The notes beneath the pieces are model-generated. The model did not search any database, was not told the origin of the DNA, and worked only from the letters and a program-made list of their open reading frames with translations. Below, piece after piece: positions 53,914 through 64,000 of a DNA stretch of 64,000 bases. Numbering within the stretch: position 1 is the stretch's first letter; each line of letters opens with the position of its first letter. The translations under genes and the position numbers were made by a program. This DNA comes from an uncultured Thiomicrospira sp. (GTDB lineage: Bacteria > Pseudomonadota > Gammaproteobacteria > CAKMZV01), in the NCBI GenBank assembly GCA_965195345.1, contig OZ239628.1:896001-960000 (forward strand), written 5' to 3'.

Positions 53914-55191
53914 TTAGATGACATCCGTTTTCATTCCTTTTTGCAAAACTTTGGGGATGTGGATATTCCCATCAGAATCTTGGTAATTTTCTAGAATTGC
54001 AACTAATGCCCGCCCAACAGCAACACCCGATCCATTTAGTGAATGCAATAATTCAGTCTTCCCTGTATCAATGTCTTTGTGGCGTGCTTTCATACGTCGA
54101 GTTTGAAAGTCGGTGCAGTTTGAAATAGATGATATTTCTCGATATGTATTTTGTGTAGGAATCCAGACCTCAATGTCGTACGTTTTAGCGGCACCAAATC
54201 CCAAATCTCCAGAGCAAAGTTCAATGACGCGATACGGCAATTCCAATGCTTGCAAAACTTGTTGAGCGTGCAGACACATTTCTTCCAAAGCTTGCATGGA
54301 ATTTTTAGGATGAACAATTTGTACCAACTCTACTTTTTCAAATTGGTGCTGACGAATTAACCCGCGAGTGTCTCTTCCAGAAGAACCTGCTTCGGAGCGA
54401 AAGCAAAGAGTGTGGGCAACGAATTTTAAAGGTAACTCTTCGGTATTTACAATTTGATGTGCTACTAAATTGGTTAATGGTACTTCAGCTGTAGGTATCA
54501 TATAGAAGTTTCGATGTTCATCTATACTTTCAAGGCGGAATAAATCTTCACTAAATTTGGGTAACTGTCCAGTGTGATAAAGTGTTTTTTCGTTAACTAT
54601 GGTGGGAGGATTGATCTCTAAATAGTTATTGTTTTCTATTTGGAACTCAAGCATGAACTGCGCCAAAACTCGATGCAAGCGTGCCAGCGGTCCACTTAAT
54701 ATACTAAAGCGTGCTCCACTAATTTGTGATGCTTGTTTTGATAATTCCCAACCCTTTGCTCCTATCAAATCAACATGATCTTTATACTCAAAGTCGACTT
54801 TTTTAGGAGTACTCCATCGGAGTATTTCTACGTTTTCTTTTTCGTCTTTACCAAGAGGAACTGTATCATCAGGCAGATTTGGTAGATGCGTAATCAAGCT
54901 GTCTATGTGCTCGACTAATTCTTGTAGTGCGTCTGAGGTGGTAGCTATTTCAGTATTTAATTGGTCCGCTTTTTGACGCAAATCTTCGATGTTTTCATTG
55001 CGTGACTTCGCTTGGCCAACCAGTTTGGCAATTTGATTGCGCTGTTGTTGAAGTGATTCGTTTTTCTGTTGCAAATTTTTGCGCTTTCCGTCCAATTCTA
55101 AAAAAGCGGTGGTATCAAAGAAAACGCCTTTGGATTGCAGTTTTTTCGTAATCGCCTCTGGATCAGAGTGAATAAGTTTAGTGTCCAACAT
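53914..55191 (-). CDS. serS: Serine--tRNA ligase
   Basis: PTAEVPL, FRSEAG, RQHQFEKVE and EISSISNC motifs. Confidence 0.98.
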   Translation of the reverse strand: MLDTKLIHSDPEAITKKLQSKGVFFDTTAFLELDGKRKNLQQKNESLQQQRNQIAKLVGQAKSRNENIEDLRQKADQLNTEIATTSDALQELVEHIDSLITHLPNLPDDTVPLGKDEKENVEILRWSTPKKVDFEYKDHVDLIGAKGWELSKQASQISGARFSILSGPLARLHRVLAQFMLEFQIENNNYLEINPPTIVNEKTLYHTGQLPKFSEDLFRLESIDEHRNFYMIPTAEVPLTNLVAHQIVNTEELPLKFVAHTLCFRSEAGSSGRDTRGLIRQHQFEKVELVQIVHPKNSMQALEEMCLHAQQVLQALELPYRVIELCSGDLGFGAAKTYDIEVWIPTQNTYREISSISNCTDFQTRRMKARHKDIDTGKTELLHSLNGSGVAVGRALVAILENYQDSDGNIHIPKVLQKGMKTDVI

Positions 55192-55193
55192 AG

Positions 55194-55568
55194 CTAATTT
55201 TGTCGAGTTAAAAGAATTCCTAAATAAGTCGCTCCGATAGAAGCAAATACACTTAATAGAATATAGTTAAGGGCATTGATTATTTTGCCTGCTGCTATGA
55301 GTTCAATAGCATCGATTGAAAAAGCAGAAAAAGTAGTAAAAGCCCCAAAAAATCCGATAATCACCAGTGCTTGAGTCTGGATATTGAATACCCCCTTTTC
55401 TTGCATTAAAATCAATGCAACGCCCATAAAGAATCCACCTATTACATTGACGAATAGCGTACCATAAGGGAAACTTTTCCCAAGCAGGGCTGTTGTGCTT
55501 GTAGCAACTCCGAAGCGCGCCATTGCTCCAAGTGCTCCTCCGAGAGCTACGAATAAGAGTTGGTTCAT
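55194..55568 (-). CDS. crcB: Fluoride efflux channel
   Basis: GGALGAMAR, PYGTLFVN and GAFTTFSAF motifs. Confidence 0.95.
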   Translation of the reverse strand: MNQLLFVALGGALGAMARFGVATSTTALLGKSFPYGTLFVNVIGGFFMGVALILMQEKGVFNIQTQALVIIGFFGAFTTFSAFSIDAIELIAAGKIINALNYILLSVFASIGATYLGILLTRQN

Positions 55569-55612
55569 TCAAGAAAAATTAAAGGTAATATTGACTAAAT
55601 AAAGTCGTATTG

Positions 55613-55621
55613 ATTATAGCA
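55613..55621 (-). promoter_or_regulatory. Possible extended -10 promoter for crcB-serS-holC-truA
   Basis: TGCTATAAT on the minus strand ~45 bp upstream of crcB. Confidence 0.4.
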
Positions 55622-55850
55622 TGATGAACTGCGCCACGAGATAGTCAGTGATATTTCGCACACTGGAAATGTACAAACGTAAAGGTTTCAGAAGAGTTCT
55701 ATCCAATAATTTGATTGAAGTGATAAAAACGGTTGCTAAACTTTCATTGAACATTTACTATATCAGGCTAAAAATAGCGTTTAAGAGTCATTGTTTAGAT
55801 ATGATGTTCTCTTATATTATTATGGAAATTCAAAATAAAGGAAGAGTGGC

Positions 55851-57752
55851 ATGAATCTAACAAGGCGGGAATTTGTGCAATTAATTGGAGTAGGGGTTGC
55901 CAGCGGCCTGTTTTCCAGTAAAGTACTCGGTAAAGGTCAAATTAACAGGACTTCTATTGAGCACGCGATTAGGGCGTTGTATGATGTCCCACTGAATGGC
56001 AATGCTCGCATTCTCCATATTACCGATACGCATGCCCAATTACTTCCAACTTATTTTCGAGAGCCAAACGTAAACCTTGGGTTTGGGAATGCTTTTGGTA
56101 AATTACCTCATATTGTAGGTCAGAATTTATCTAGGCGTCTTGGTTTGGATAACAATCCTTTATTACAACATGCTTTTACTTATTTAGATTATGAAGAATC
56201 GGCTCATAATTTTGGGAAAGTTGGTGGCTTTTCTTATATCAAAACATTGTTAGATAATCTGCGTGAAGCAGCGGGGGGTGTTCAAAATACGATTACTGTT
56301 GATGGTGGGGATTTATGGCAAGGTTCTGCTACGGCTTTATGGACAAGGGGTCGGGATATGGTAGATGCTTCTAATTTACTTGGTGTAGATGCCATGACTG
56401 GTCATTGGGAGTTTACGTATTCAGAGAGAGAGGTTTTGAGCAATATCAAGGCATTTAATGGGGAGTTTCTTGGGCAAAATGTTGCCATTAAAGAAGAATC
56501 ATTATTTGAAGATGCTTATGCTGAAATGGTCAGTGAGTACGGGTATGGGTTATACGATGAGGATAATTCATTAGCATTTAAACCTTATACATTAAAAATA
56601 ATCAATGGTTATAAAGTCGCAATTATTGGACAGGCATTCCCTCGGACTGGCAATGCCAATCCGCAGTCAAACTTCCCTGATTGGTCGTTTGGATTGCGTG
56701 AAGATGAGCTAAAAGTACTTGTCAGTGAAATTCGTACGATAGAGAAACCATCTGCTGTAATAATGCTCTCTCATAATGGCATGGATGTGGATCTAAAAAT
56801 GGCTTCTAGAGTTAGTGGTATAGATGTCATACTTGGTGGGCATACGCACGATGGCGTGTCTAAACCTATAAAAGTAAAAAATGCAAGTGGAGAGACTTGG
56901 GTTACAAATGCAGGTTGTCATGGCAAATATGTTGGCGTGTTAGATATGCAGTTGAGCAAATCTGGAATAAAGAGCATGCAGTACAAGCTATTACCTGTTT
57001 TTGCACGCTTCATTGAAGCGGATGAAACGATGGTCAACTATTTAGATTCTTTATACCAACGTAAATATGATGCAAACATCATTGAGTCAAGACGCAAGAA
57101 TGCACTTTACAGTCCTAACAAAGTAGGTAAACGTTATGAAGATATTCTTAACGAAAAACTAACGATTGCCGAACAGACATTATATAGGCGTGGAAATCTA
57201 ATTGGGACTTGGGATCAAGTGATCGTGGATGCTTTGCGCCATGAACATGATACACAAATTGCCTTATCGCCAGGCGTTCGTTGGGGCGGTAGTTTGTTAG
57301 AGGGAGACACCATTACCATGCGCAATGTTTTTGAGCAAACAGCTATAACATATGGCGAAACTTACCGTAGTGAAATCACAGGTGAGCAACTGCATCTAGT
57401 TCTTGAAGGGGTGGCTGAGAATTTATTTGTCACAGATCCATATGCTCAATCTGGGGGGGATATGGTACGAGTAGGCGGTTTGAATTTCACAATTGATCCA
57501 ATAGAATCTTACGGTAATCGCATTAGTGAAATGCGTTTAGATGATGGGACAGCTATTAAGAATAATAAAACCTACAGTGTTTCTGGATGGGCGCAAGTTA
57601 ATGAAATTGGAGAGGGTCGTCTAATATGGGATGTAGTAGCTGATTTTTTACGAAGCAAGAAAACTTTAAATCTGTCTAAAGTGAATTATCCAAATATAAA
57701 AAATGTTAGAAAAAATCCTGGAATAGCTGATTATCAAGGAATTATTCAGTAG
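55851..57752 (+). CDS. soxB: Thiosulfohydrolase SoxB
   Basis: Tat signal TRREF; LHITDTHAQL..YFREP, DGGDLWQGS, GHWEF, SHNGMDVD, GGHTHD and DPY..SGGDMVR motifs. Confidence 0.95.
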   Translation: MNLTRREFVQLIGVGVASGLFSSKVLGKGQINRTSIEHAIRALYDVPLNGNARILHITDTHAQLLPTYFREPNVNLGFGNAFGKLPHIVGQNLSRRLGLDNNPLLQHAFTYLDYEESAHNFGKVGGFSYIKTLLDNLREAAGGVQNTITVDGGDLWQGSATALWTRGRDMVDASNLLGVDAMTGHWEFTYSEREVLSNIKAFNGEFLGQNVAIKEESLFEDAYAEMVSEYGYGLYDEDNSLAFKPYTLKIINGYKVAIIGQAFPRTGNANPQSNFPDWSFGLREDELKVLVSEIRTIEKPSAVIMLSHNGMDVDLKMASRVSGIDVILGGHTHDGVSKPIKVKNASGETWVTNAGCHGKYVGVLDMQLSKSGIKSMQYKLLPVFARFIEADETMVNYLDSLYQRKYDANIIESRRKNALYSPNKVGKRYEDILNEKLTIAEQTLYRRGNLIGTWDQVIVDALRHEHDTQIALSPGVRWGGSLLEGDTITMRNVFEQTAITYGETYRSEITGEQLHLVLEGVAENLFVTDPYAQSGGDMVRVGGLNFTIDPIESYGNRISEMRLDDGTAIKNNKTYSVSGWAQVNEIGEGRLIWDVVADFLRSKKTLNLSKVNYPNIKNVRKNPGIADYQGIIQ

Positions 57753-57784
57753 CATATGGAGATTGCTCTGCGATAATCCCGTGC

Positions 57785-59119
57785 ATGTCAGGTTTTTTAT
57801 ACATAGTAATATTGTGGATACTATTTCCTTTTGCGATTTGGCGCATATTTAAAAGGCAATCATTCTTCGCAACACGGAATTTATATTTTCCTTGGAAAGA
57901 GTATTTTGGACAAAGCGACCAAAAACTTCAAACAGGAGGGATATGGATTCATGCGTTATCGCTTGGTGAAAGCCGTTCAGTTATTGCACTCATAGAATCG
58001 TTGTTAGATGGCGAAACTGCCAATTCTTTAGAATTAAGGGACGGTGATGGTGAGGAAATCCCTAGTAAACAAAGCCCAGTCATCATAACGGTAACATCAA
58101 CTACCATTAGTGGCTATGAACAGATGCGAAACCATTTTGGTAATCGCATTCAGCATCATTTGATGCCCTTAGATTATCCCTTTGCAGTCAAAGCATTTTT
58201 GCAGAGGCTAAAACCTCAAAAATTTATTGTCATTGAAACTGAAATTTGGCCTAATACTTTGCGACTTTGCAAAGAAAGAGGGATACAACTTATCTATGCT
58301 AATGCGCGCATAAAAGAGAGGTCGTTTTTAAAATATAAGCGATATGCCTCAGCATTAATGCGGCAAAGCCTTGAAAGATTTGATGCTATTTTCCCCCAGT
58401 CTTTGATGGATAAACAACGTTTAATCGAGTTGGGTGCGCGTGAAGAACAAATCGTTCACTGTGGCAATCTTAAATTTGATCTAACCGTTCCTAGAGAATT
58501 GAAGGACGCAGCAAAGAATTGGAAAGAAACTTATGCAAAAAACCGTTTTGTCTGGGTAGCTGCTAGTGTTCACACGAACGAAGCCAGTCAAATTGTTCAT
58601 ACACACAAAGCGTTGATGGAAGAAGCACCAGATGCTTTATTGTTAATAGCTCCTAGACAAGAAGAAACAATTAATGAGATTCTAATAGCTGCAGAAGGAA
58701 ATAAAGTTGAGCAAAAAAGTTTGGGAAATTCACAGTTAAATGGTGTTGAGTCAAATACAAATATTTTGATAATCGATACTTTTGGAGAGATGCTGTTTTG
58801 GAATATTATTGGTGATTGTGTTTTTATAGGAGGGTCTCTGGTGCCTTTTGGAGGGCATAATTTAATAGAAGCGGCAATCATGGAAAAGCCCGTTATTAGT
58901 GGACCACATTATCATAATCTTGAAAACTTATTTAACCCAGCAATTGAGGCTGAAGCGGTAATGATAGTAAGCGACAATAATGCGTTGTCTGAAAAATTAA
59001 AAGCGCTTAAAAACGATCATAAGCAGCGTGATAGGGCGGGGAAAAATGCGTATCGATTTGCAAATTATAATCAAGGGAATATGAAATATTTGCTAAATTA
59101 TGTCTTAAGTACTAAGTGA
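57785..59119 (+). CDS. waaA: Kdo transferase
   Basis: WIHALSLGE, ETEIWPN, GNLKFD and GGSLVPFGGHN motifs. Confidence 0.95.
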   Translation: MSGFLYIVILWILFPFAIWRIFKRQSFFATRNLYFPWKEYFGQSDQKLQTGGIWIHALSLGESRSVIALIESLLDGETANSLELRDGDGEEIPSKQSPVIITVTSTTISGYEQMRNHFGNRIQHHLMPLDYPFAVKAFLQRLKPQKFIVIETEIWPNTLRLCKERGIQLIYANARIKERSFLKYKRYASALMRQSLERFDAIFPQSLMDKQRLIELGAREEQIVHCGNLKFDLTVPRELKDAAKNWKETYAKNRFVWVAASVHTNEASQIVHTHKALMEEAPDALLLIAPRQEETINEILIAAEGNKVEQKSLGNSQLNGVESNTNILIIDTFGEMLFWNIIGDCVFIGGSLVPFGGHNLIEAAIMEKPVISGPHYHNLENLFNPAIEAEAVMIVSDNNALSEKLKALKNDHKQRDRAGKNAYRFANYNQGNMKYLLNYVLSTK

Positions 59120-59153
59120 TTTAAAATATTCCAATTTGAAGAAAAAGTTGATC

Positions 59154-59175
59154 AACCCTAAGGATTTTTAGGGTT
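59154..59175. terminator. Hairpin between convergent waaA and pyk
   Basis: AACCCTAA-ggattt-TTAGGGTT inverted repeat. Confidence 0.5.
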
Positions 59176-59177
59176 TG

Positions 59178-60614
59178 TTAGACTTCCACAATTTCCATTG
59201 TGTTGCTTCCACCAGGCATTCCAATACGTGGACCACTTGTTACAATCATTCGCTGTTTAAAGCGCACTAAATTGCGTTTTTTTAATGCATTAATAATATG
59301 CTCTCGCGGTTTGTCAAAAGTTGGAATTTCTGTTTCATTTAATAGAATGGGAAAAACTCCACGATAGAGGCTCATTTGATGAAAGGTCCACTCATTAGTG
59401 GTGAGCGCAAAAATTGGTTTGCCAGAGCTTATTCTTGACATATATATTGCAGTAGCCCCAGATTCAGTCAATGCAGCAATGCCACCCAGATTACTCATAT
59501 GATTAGCCAAATACATGCTCCCTAAGGCAAGGGCCTCCTCCGTTTTTTCAAAAACTTGATTCAAACGATGAGCTGAATGCGTGGTTGTTCTTTGTTTCTC
59601 AGCGTTAAGACAAGTTCTATCCATCGCTTTGATTGCTTGTACGGGATAATTTCCCACAGCCGTTTCAGCGGATAACATAACGGCATCAGTTCCATCAAAC
59701 ACAGCGTTAGCTACATCAAACACTTCCGCCCGTGTAGGTAAGGGACTATTGATCATGGATTCCATCATTTGGGTTGCCGTTATTACGCCCCGATTCAGTG
59801 TTCGTACTCTGGAAATTATCCTTTTTTGTACAGCGGGTAAGCATTCGTCACCAATTTCAACACCAAGGTCACCTCGAGCAATCATAATCAAATCGCTTGC
59901 ATGAATTATCTCGTCAAGTGTTTCTTTTTCAATTGCTTCTGCCCGTTCTATCTTTGCCACTATGCGCGTATCTGGAGCCCCCATGTCGTGTAGCAGTTTT
60001 CGGGCTGCGTGGATGTCCGTAGCATCTCTAGGAAATGAAATGGCCAAATAATTGGCTTTTAACTCTGCGGCTTGTTTAATATCTTTTAAGTCTTTATCGG
60101 TAAGAGCATTTGCAGAAAGCCCTCCACCTTTGAGATTAAGCCCTTTATTGTTTGATAAAACGCCACCTTGAACAACTTTGCAATGAATGCGGTCGTCGAC
60201 TATTTTTTGAATATTGAGAATAATACGCCCATCGTCTAGCATCAAGTCATTCGTTACAGATACATCATTTGGTAAATTTTTATAGGTTGTGCCGACGGAT
60301 TTCTTTGTGCCTTTATTGATTGGTAGAGACACATCTATAATAAATGCATCGCCTTCACTTAAATTTATAGCGTCTTTTTCAAATTGCCCAATACGGATTT
60401 TGGGACCCTGCAGATCAAATAGTATACCGATTGCAGCTTTATTTCTATTTGCCGCTTGTCGTATCTCTTCAACTCGGCGCACTCTTTCATTGGCATTGCC
60501 GTGCGAGCAATTTATTCGAAAAGAATTAACACCAGCTTGGATGAGTTCATCTAAAATTTGTGCTCCATCTGTAGATGGACCACAAGTAGCTAAAATTTTA
60601 GTTCGTCGAAACAT
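59178..60614 (-). CDS. pyk: Pyruvate kinase
   Basis: [24 protein letters not shown] and ATQMMESM motifs. Confidence 0.97.
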   Translation of the reverse strand: MFRRTKILATCGPSTDGAQILDELIQAGVNSFRINCSHGNANERVRRVEEIRQAANRNKAAIGILFDLQGPKIRIGQFEKDAINLSEGDAFIIDVSLPINKGTKKSVGTTYKNLPNDVSVTNDLMLDDGRIILNIQKIVDDRIHCKVVQGGVLSNNKGLNLKGGGLSANALTDKDLKDIKQAAELKANYLAISFPRDATDIHAARKLLHDMGAPDTRIVAKIERAEAIEKETLDEIIHASDLIMIARGDLGVEIGDECLPAVQKRIISRVRTLNRGVITATQMMESMINSPLPTRAEVFDVANAVFDGTDAVMLSAETAVGNYPVQAIKAMDRTCLNAEKQRTTTHSAHRLNQVFEKTEEALALGSMYLANHMSNLGGIAALTESGATAIYMSRISSGKPIFALTTNEWTFHQMSLYRGVFPILLNETEIPTFDKPREHIINALKKRNLVRFKQRMIVTSGPRIGMPGGSNTMEIVEV

Positions 60615-61806
60615 TTCCCTTCGCTTGAATAGCTCGTTCTTCAAGCACAGCTACAGCAGGCAAAACCTTGCCCTCAAGGAACTCTAAAAAAGCACCTCCT
60701 CCTGTAGAAATGTATGAAATTTTATCGGATACTTGAAACTTTTCTATGGCAGCTAAAGTATCGCCACCACCTGCAATTGAAAAGGCATTCGATTCTGCAA
60801 TTGCTTGAGCGATTGCTTTTGTTCCGTTAGAAAAATTCTCAAATTCAAACACACCTAATGGTCCGTTCCAAACGATTGTGGCAGCTTCAGAAATAAGTTT
60901 GCAAAGTTTTTGAGTGCTTTTGGGCCCAAAATCAAGAATCATATCGTCAGGTTCAATGTTTGAGAGTACTTTTGTTGAAGATTTGGAATTTTCTGAAAAC
61001 TCTTTGGCCGTCACAACATCTTCAGGAATGGGTATCACCGCACCGTTTGCTGAGCAGGAGTTGATTAAATTTTTAGCAACAGTAATCAAATCATCCTCAC
61101 ACAACGATTTGCCGATTTCATGACCACTTGATTTAATGAAAGTGTTAGCGATTCCTCCACCAACAATTAACTGGTCACAAATAGTCGACAAAGATTCAAG
61201 CACGTTTAATTTGCTAGAAACTTTAGCCCCTCCAACAATGGCTAACATGGGGTGGGCAGGTTCTTTCAAAGATTTTCTCAACGCTTCTAATTCATTTACC
61301 AGTAGTGGTCCTGCACAAGAAATTGGTGCATACTTTGCTACACCACAGGTTGAAGCTTGTGCTCGATGAGCTGTTCCAAAAGCATCCATCACGAACACAT
61401 CACATAAGTTTGCCATTTTTTTCGAAAGCAAATCGTCATTGCTTTTTTCGCCGCAGTTAAATCGAACGTTTTCGAACAAAACTACTTCACCATTCATCAC
61501 TTCAAAGTCAGTATCAATCCAATCTCGAATCAAACGAACTTTTCTATCAAGTAATTTACTTAAGTGATCAGCTATCGGTTGCAATGAAGCATTAATATCA
61601 AATGATCCCTCACAAGGACGCCCCAAATGAGACATTAGCATAACTTTAGCATTGTGCTTAAGTGCGCGATTAATAGTTGGAATACTAGCAAGGATACGAG
61701 CATCAGAATTTATTTTCCCATTTTTTATAGGGACATTTAAATCTTGACGAATCAATACACGCTTATGGGCAAGATCCACATCGTGCATTTGTAAAACGTT
61801 AATCAT
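60598..61806 (-). CDS. pgk: Phosphoglycerate kinase
   Basis: [19 protein letters not shown] and STGGGAFLE motifs. Confidence 0.98.
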   Translation of the reverse strand: MINVLQMHDVDLAHKRVLIRQDLNVPIKNGKINSDARILASIPTINRALKHNAKVMLMSHLGRPCEGSFDINASLQPIADHLSKLLDRKVRLIRDWIDTDFEVMNGEVVLFENVRFNCGEKSNDDLLSKKMANLCDVFVMDAFGTAHRAQASTCGVAKYAPISCAGPLLVNELEALRKSLKEPAHPMLAIVGGAKVSSKLNVLESLSTICDQLIVGGGIANTFIKSSGHEIGKSLCEDDLITVAKNLINSCSANGAVIPIPEDVVTAKEFSENSKSSTKVLSNIEPDDMILDFGPKSTQKLCKLISEAATIVWNGPLGVFEFENFSNGTKAIAQAIAESNAFSIAGGGDTLAAIEKFQVSDKISYISTGGGAFLEFLEGKVLPAVAVLEERAIQAKGNVSTN

Positions 61807-61816
61807 GATCAAATGA

Positions 61817-62815
61817 TTATTGCATTATGTGGTTTGCAAGTCTTAGTAAGTTACAAGTGTAACCGTATTCGTTGTCATACCAAGATACCACCTTAACGAA
61901 GGTCGTATCAAGTGCTATTCCTGCTTTTGCATCGAAAATTGAAGCTGCATTGCAGTCACGAAAATCAGTGGCAACCACCATTTCATCAGTATATTCCAGC
62001 GTGCCCTTCATCGTGCCCATAGACGCTGTTTGCATCGCTTTGCAGATTGCTTCATAGCTTGCTTCTCGTTCAAGCTCAACGGTTAAATCAATGACCGATA
62101 CGTCAGAAGTTGGTACACGAAAAGCCATTCCTGTAAGCTTACCATTGAGTTCCGGCAGAACTACCCCAACGGCTTTTGCTGCCCCAGTTGACGAAGGGAT
62201 TATGTTCTCTAACATTCCTCGACCGCCTCTCCAATCTTTCGCAGAAGGTCCATCAACAGTTTTTTGCGTTGCAGTGACAGCATGTACTGTAGTCATTAGA
62301 CCGCGTTTTAGTCCCCAGTTGTCATTTAAGACTTTGGCAACGGGGGCAAGGCAATTAGTGGTACAAGAAGCGGCAGAAATGATTTTTTCACCTGCATACT
62401 TGTCGTGATTTACACCATAAACGAACATAGGTGTTGTGTCTTTAGATGGTGCTGATTGAATGACTTTTTTAGCGCCAGCTGCTATATGTGCTTTACAGCC
62501 TTCTTCAGTCAAAAAGAATCCAGTTGAGTCAATAACTAAGTCGACATCTATTTCATTCCATTTCAAATCTGCAGGATTACGCTCAGATGTTAAACGAATA
62601 TGTTCTCCGTCAATTACAAAGTGGTTACCATCCAGTCCAATTTCTTTATTGAAACGCCCGTGTACTGAATCGTATTTGAGCATATAAGCTAGATAGTCAT
62701 TTTCAAGTAAATCGTTAATTCCAACCACTTTTAAATGAGGAAATTCATTGTTAATAGCACGAAATATCATTCGTCCAATACGGCCAAATCCATTAATTCC
62801 AACTCTAATTGTCAT
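61817..62815 (-). CDS. gap: Glyceraldehyde-3-phosphate dehydrogenase type I
   Basis: [20 protein letters not shown] and WYDNEYGY motifs. Confidence 0.98.
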   Translation of the reverse strand: MTIRVGINGFGRIGRMIFRAINNEFPHLKVVGINDLLENDYLAYMLKYDSVHGRFNKEIGLDGNHFVIDGEHIRLTSERNPADLKWNEIDVDLVIDSTGFFLTEEGCKAHIAAGAKKVIQSAPSKDTTPMFVYGVNHDKYAGEKIISAASCTTNCLAPVAKVLNDNWGLKRGLMTTVHAVTATQKTVDGPSAKDWRGGRGMLENIIPSSTGAAKAVGVVLPELNGKLTGMAFRVPTSDVSVIDLTVELEREASYEAICKAMQTASMGTMKGTLEYTDEMVVATDFRDCNAASIFDAKAGIALDTTFVKVVSWYDNEYGYTCNLLRLANHIMQ

Positions 62816-62828
62816 TCTTATCTCCTGT

Positions 62829-64000
62829 TTAATTTATACTTATTTGTTGATGAACCGCTGCAGTTACAGCATTTTTGTTAAATCCGAAATGTTCAAATAC
62901 ATCAGAAGCAGGCGCAGACTCTCCAAAGGTACTGATGCTTATAATTGCACCCGTCAGTCCAACGTATTGAGCCCATCCTCTGCCTACTCCTGCTTCAATC
63001 GCTACCCGAGCGGTGATTGAAGGAGGAATAACCTGTTCTTTGTAGCTTTTCGATTGGCTGTCAAATGCATCTTGAGAGGGCATGGAGACCACTTGAACAG
63101 AAATATTTTCAGCTTCTAGTAATTCAGCCGCTTGCATCGCTAATTGAACTTCTGATCCAGTACTTATAATAAGTGCATCAGTGCCGTCACGTAAAATATA
63201 AGCTCCTTTTTCTATATTGTTTAGTTGGCTATCGTTACGCGACCAGCAAGGCAAGGCTTGGCGTGAAAAACACAGTGCTGCAGGCCCATTTTTGCGCTCA
63301 ATTGCGACTTTCCAAGCAACAGCTGATTCAACACTATCACAAGGGCGCCAAACGCTTAAATTGGGTGTGCACCTTAAACTTTCTAACTGCTCAACGGGTT
63401 GGTGCGTTGGACCGTCTTCTCCTAAACCGACCGAATCATGAGTGTAAACAAAAATGCTTCTTTGCTTCATCAAAGCACACATACGAACCGCATTGCGAGC
63501 GTATTCCATAAACATAAGGAAAGTGCCTCCAAATGGAATGAATCCTCCATGCAAAGCAATGCCGTTCATGATTGCTGACATACCAAATTCACGCACACCA
63601 TAGTTTATGTAATTGCCATCAACGTTTTCATGAATTGGCTTTGAATATGAGCAGATAGTTAAATTAGAATGTGTAAGATCTGCAGAGCCACCTATCAATT
63701 CTGGTAAAAGAGAAGAGAGCTCTTCAATCGCATTTTGAGAGGCTTTTCGAGTGGCAATTTTTTCTGACTTTTGTTGCGTTTTTTTAATATACTCTGAGAA
63801 GTTTTGAGAAAAAGAGTCAGGCAATGTTCCTTCCATCCGTCTATTCAGCTGCGTCGCCAGATCAGGATATTTTTTCCCGTATTGGATGAATAATTCGTCC
63901 CATTCTTTATTTAAAGAAGCTCCTTGTTTTTGACAATCCCAAGCATCATAAATTTCTTTAGGAATATGAAAAGGCGGATGTTCCCAATTCATGTTTTTTC
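62829..64000 (-). CDS. tkt: Transketolase (5' part outside window)
   Basis: [21 protein letters not shown] and [15 protein letters not shown] motifs. Confidence 0.97.
   Translation of the reverse strand, partial: KNMNWEHPPFHIPKEIYDAWDCQKQGASLNKEWDELFIQYGKKYPDLATQLNRRMEGTLPDSFSQNFSEYIKKTQQKSEKIATRKASQNAIEELSSLLPELIGGSADLTHSNLTICSYSKPIHENVDGNYINYGVREFGMSAIMNGIALHGGFIPFGGTFLMFMEYARNAVRMCALMKQRSIFVYTHDSVGLGEDGPTHQPVEQLESLRCTPNLSVWRPCDSVESAVAWKVAIERKNGPAALCFSRQALPCWSRNDSQLNNIEKGAYILRDGTDALIISTGSEVQLAMQAAELLEAENISVQVVSMPSQDAFDSQSKSYKEQVIPPSITARVAIEAGVGRGWAQYVGLTGAIISISTFGESAPASDVFEHFGFNKNAVTAAVHQQISIN

Noticed and set aside
55569-55850. Fluoride riboswitch upstream of crcB, and ORF 55648-55854
   Set aside because: No fluoride aptamer consensus was seen. 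The ORF lacks an RBS and recognisable motifs and lies in a divergent promoter region.

Overview
AT-rich, gene-dense chromosomal window from a Gammaproteobacterium, probably a marine sulfur oxidiser or mixotroph (Tat-exported SoxB, tkt-gap-pgk-pyk cluster, caa3-type oxidase, LutABC, BCCT transporter). Most of the window is housekeeping: coxBA-ctaG-coxC, lysS, fabI, rnhA, accA-tilS, ftsYEX, M16 peptidases, rsmD, miaA-mutL-amiB-tsaE-aroE-hemB, ilvD, lptD, amgK-murU, comEC-lpxK-ycaR, trpF, truA, holC, serS, crcB and waaA, plus four tRNAs. Main points of interest: (1) a 2.1-kb integrase-less island at tRNA-Gly, bounded by a 46-bp att direct repeat. It carries a start-less CI-like repressor, a small membrane protein, and an unannotated module of a 58-aa acidic ORF, an intrinsic terminator and an IrrE/ImmA-like protein with KELxH in place of HExxH (candidate toxin-antitoxin or defence system). 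(2) A membrane protein with an N-terminal ribosome-modulation-factor-like domain and a C-terminal DUF2914-like domain, downstream of ftsYEX. (3) A reciprocally decayed duplication of the truA/trpF junction flanking the BCCT gene. All family calls come from motif recognition by eye; no searches were run.
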